Source of the DNA: Acidimicrobiales bacterium
Lineage (GTDB): Bacteria; Actinomycetota; Acidimicrobiia; Acidimicrobiales; Aldehydirespiratoraceae
Direction: 5' to 3'
Assembly: GCA_029263215.1 (NCBI GenBank)
Contig: JAJCXY010000053.1
Location: 76,417 to 140,416 of the forward strand
Length of the DNA stretch: 64,000 nt
Below are positions 63,724-64,000 of the stretch, piece by piece. The stretch's first letter is position 1, and each line of letters starts with the position of its first letter. The position numbers and the translations under genes are program-made. Under the pieces are notes generated by a model, which saw nothing but the letters and a program-made list of their open reading frames with translations, did no database searches and had not been told where the DNA came from.

Positions 63724-63724
63724 T

Positions 63725-64000
63725 CTACCAGTACTCCTCGTAGTGGATGTTGCCGGGGTGCCTGCGACGATCGAGGGTGAATCCCCGCTCGGCGAGGAGC
63801 TGCACCACGCCGACAGTTTCGGGAAACTCGAGCTTGCCGTCGAACTCTTCGGGTAGCCCGATCATCGCGGGATTGCCGCATAGGTACACGTGGGTCGACG
63901 TGGGGTCGAGATCGATGCCGAGCGCCTCGAAGTCTCCGTCTCTGATCAGGTCCTGGATGTATCGTTTGGGCACGTCGGGCTCGCGCGTGGGCAGGGCGAG
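63725..64000 (-). CDS. Ferredoxin--NADP(+) reductase-like flavoenzyme. Only the C-terminal part is in the window; the N-terminus runs off it.
   Basis: The track ORF 63725..63973 is open toward the window edge. It has the NAD(P)-binding motif VYLCGNPAMI and a C-terminal aromatic HYEEYW. Confidence 0.65.
   Translation of the reverse strand, partial: LALPTREPDVPKRYIQDLIRDGDFEALGIDLDPTSTHVYLCGNPAMIGLPEEFDGKLEFPETVGVVQLLAERGFTLDRRRHPGNIHYEEYW

Noticed and set aside
1-64000. A search for mobile elements, prophage or defence islands, tRNA or rRNA genes and CRISPR arrays.
   Set aside because: I found no integrase, transposase or recombinase-like ORFs, no terminal inverted repeats, no cloverleaf-compatible intergenic segments (all intergenic gaps are 140 nt or shorter and are explained by promoters, operators or terminators), and no spaced direct repeats.

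Overview
High-GC, gene-dense chromosomal segment of actinobacterial character, possibly an Acidimicrobiia-like marine lineage. That placement is an impression from gene content only: many F420-type enzymes, leaderless promoters, lipoproteins with acidic linkers. I support about 60 protein-coding genes. I saw no rRNA, tRNA, CRISPR array, transposase or integrase. Because of the GC bias, most long ORFs in the track are antisense or alternate-frame shadows of real genes.

Gene content from left to right:
- Opp/Dpp ABC ATPases.
- An F420/LLM, SRPBCC, methyltransferase and DDN group.
- An acyl-CoA ligase and a CoA-transferase.
- A nitroreductase-SRPBCC fusion.
- deoA, and a SahR-like ArsR-methyltransferase with metF.
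- An ECF sigma factor.
- A redox operon: DsbB, a membrane thioredoxin-rhodanese, a discoidin lipoprotein and a peroxiredoxin-like gene. It sits divergent from a GntR regulator.
- A CsoR-family-controlled sulfur-transfer cluster: SulP, beta-carbonic anhydrase, two rhodaneses and a persulfide-dioxygenase-rhodanese fusion.
- A His/Asp/Met-rich lipoprotein, a second SulP and a Crp/Fnr regulator.
- Two paralogous unknown membrane proteins.
- A thiolase, a carotenoid oxygenase and a YHYH lipoprotein.
- A MocR-controlled reductive pyrimidine catabolism cluster with its ABC importer.
- A DhaA-like dehalogenase.
- A miscellaneous catabolic block: HpcH aldolase, amidohydrolase, COG0523 GTPase, enoyl-CoA hydratase, LLM, PrpD-like, IclR and an MttB-family protein.
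- A TetR-controlled leucine/isovalerate (MCCase) cluster, a Usp, a TPP enzyme and a partial ferredoxin-NADP reductase.

Most interesting observations:
- An in-frame UGA at the CxxC position of the peroxiredoxin-like gene, followed by a hairpin. This is a candidate selenoprotein.
- Three ATACC-N6-GGTAT operators in front of the sulfur cluster, paired with a CsoR-family regulator that has no sensing His and no second Cys.
- A pyrimidine degradation cluster that lacks dihydropyrimidine dehydrogenase but carries an embedded LLM oxidoreductase.
- An unrecognised pair of modular Met-rich membrane proteins behind a 20-bp palindrome.
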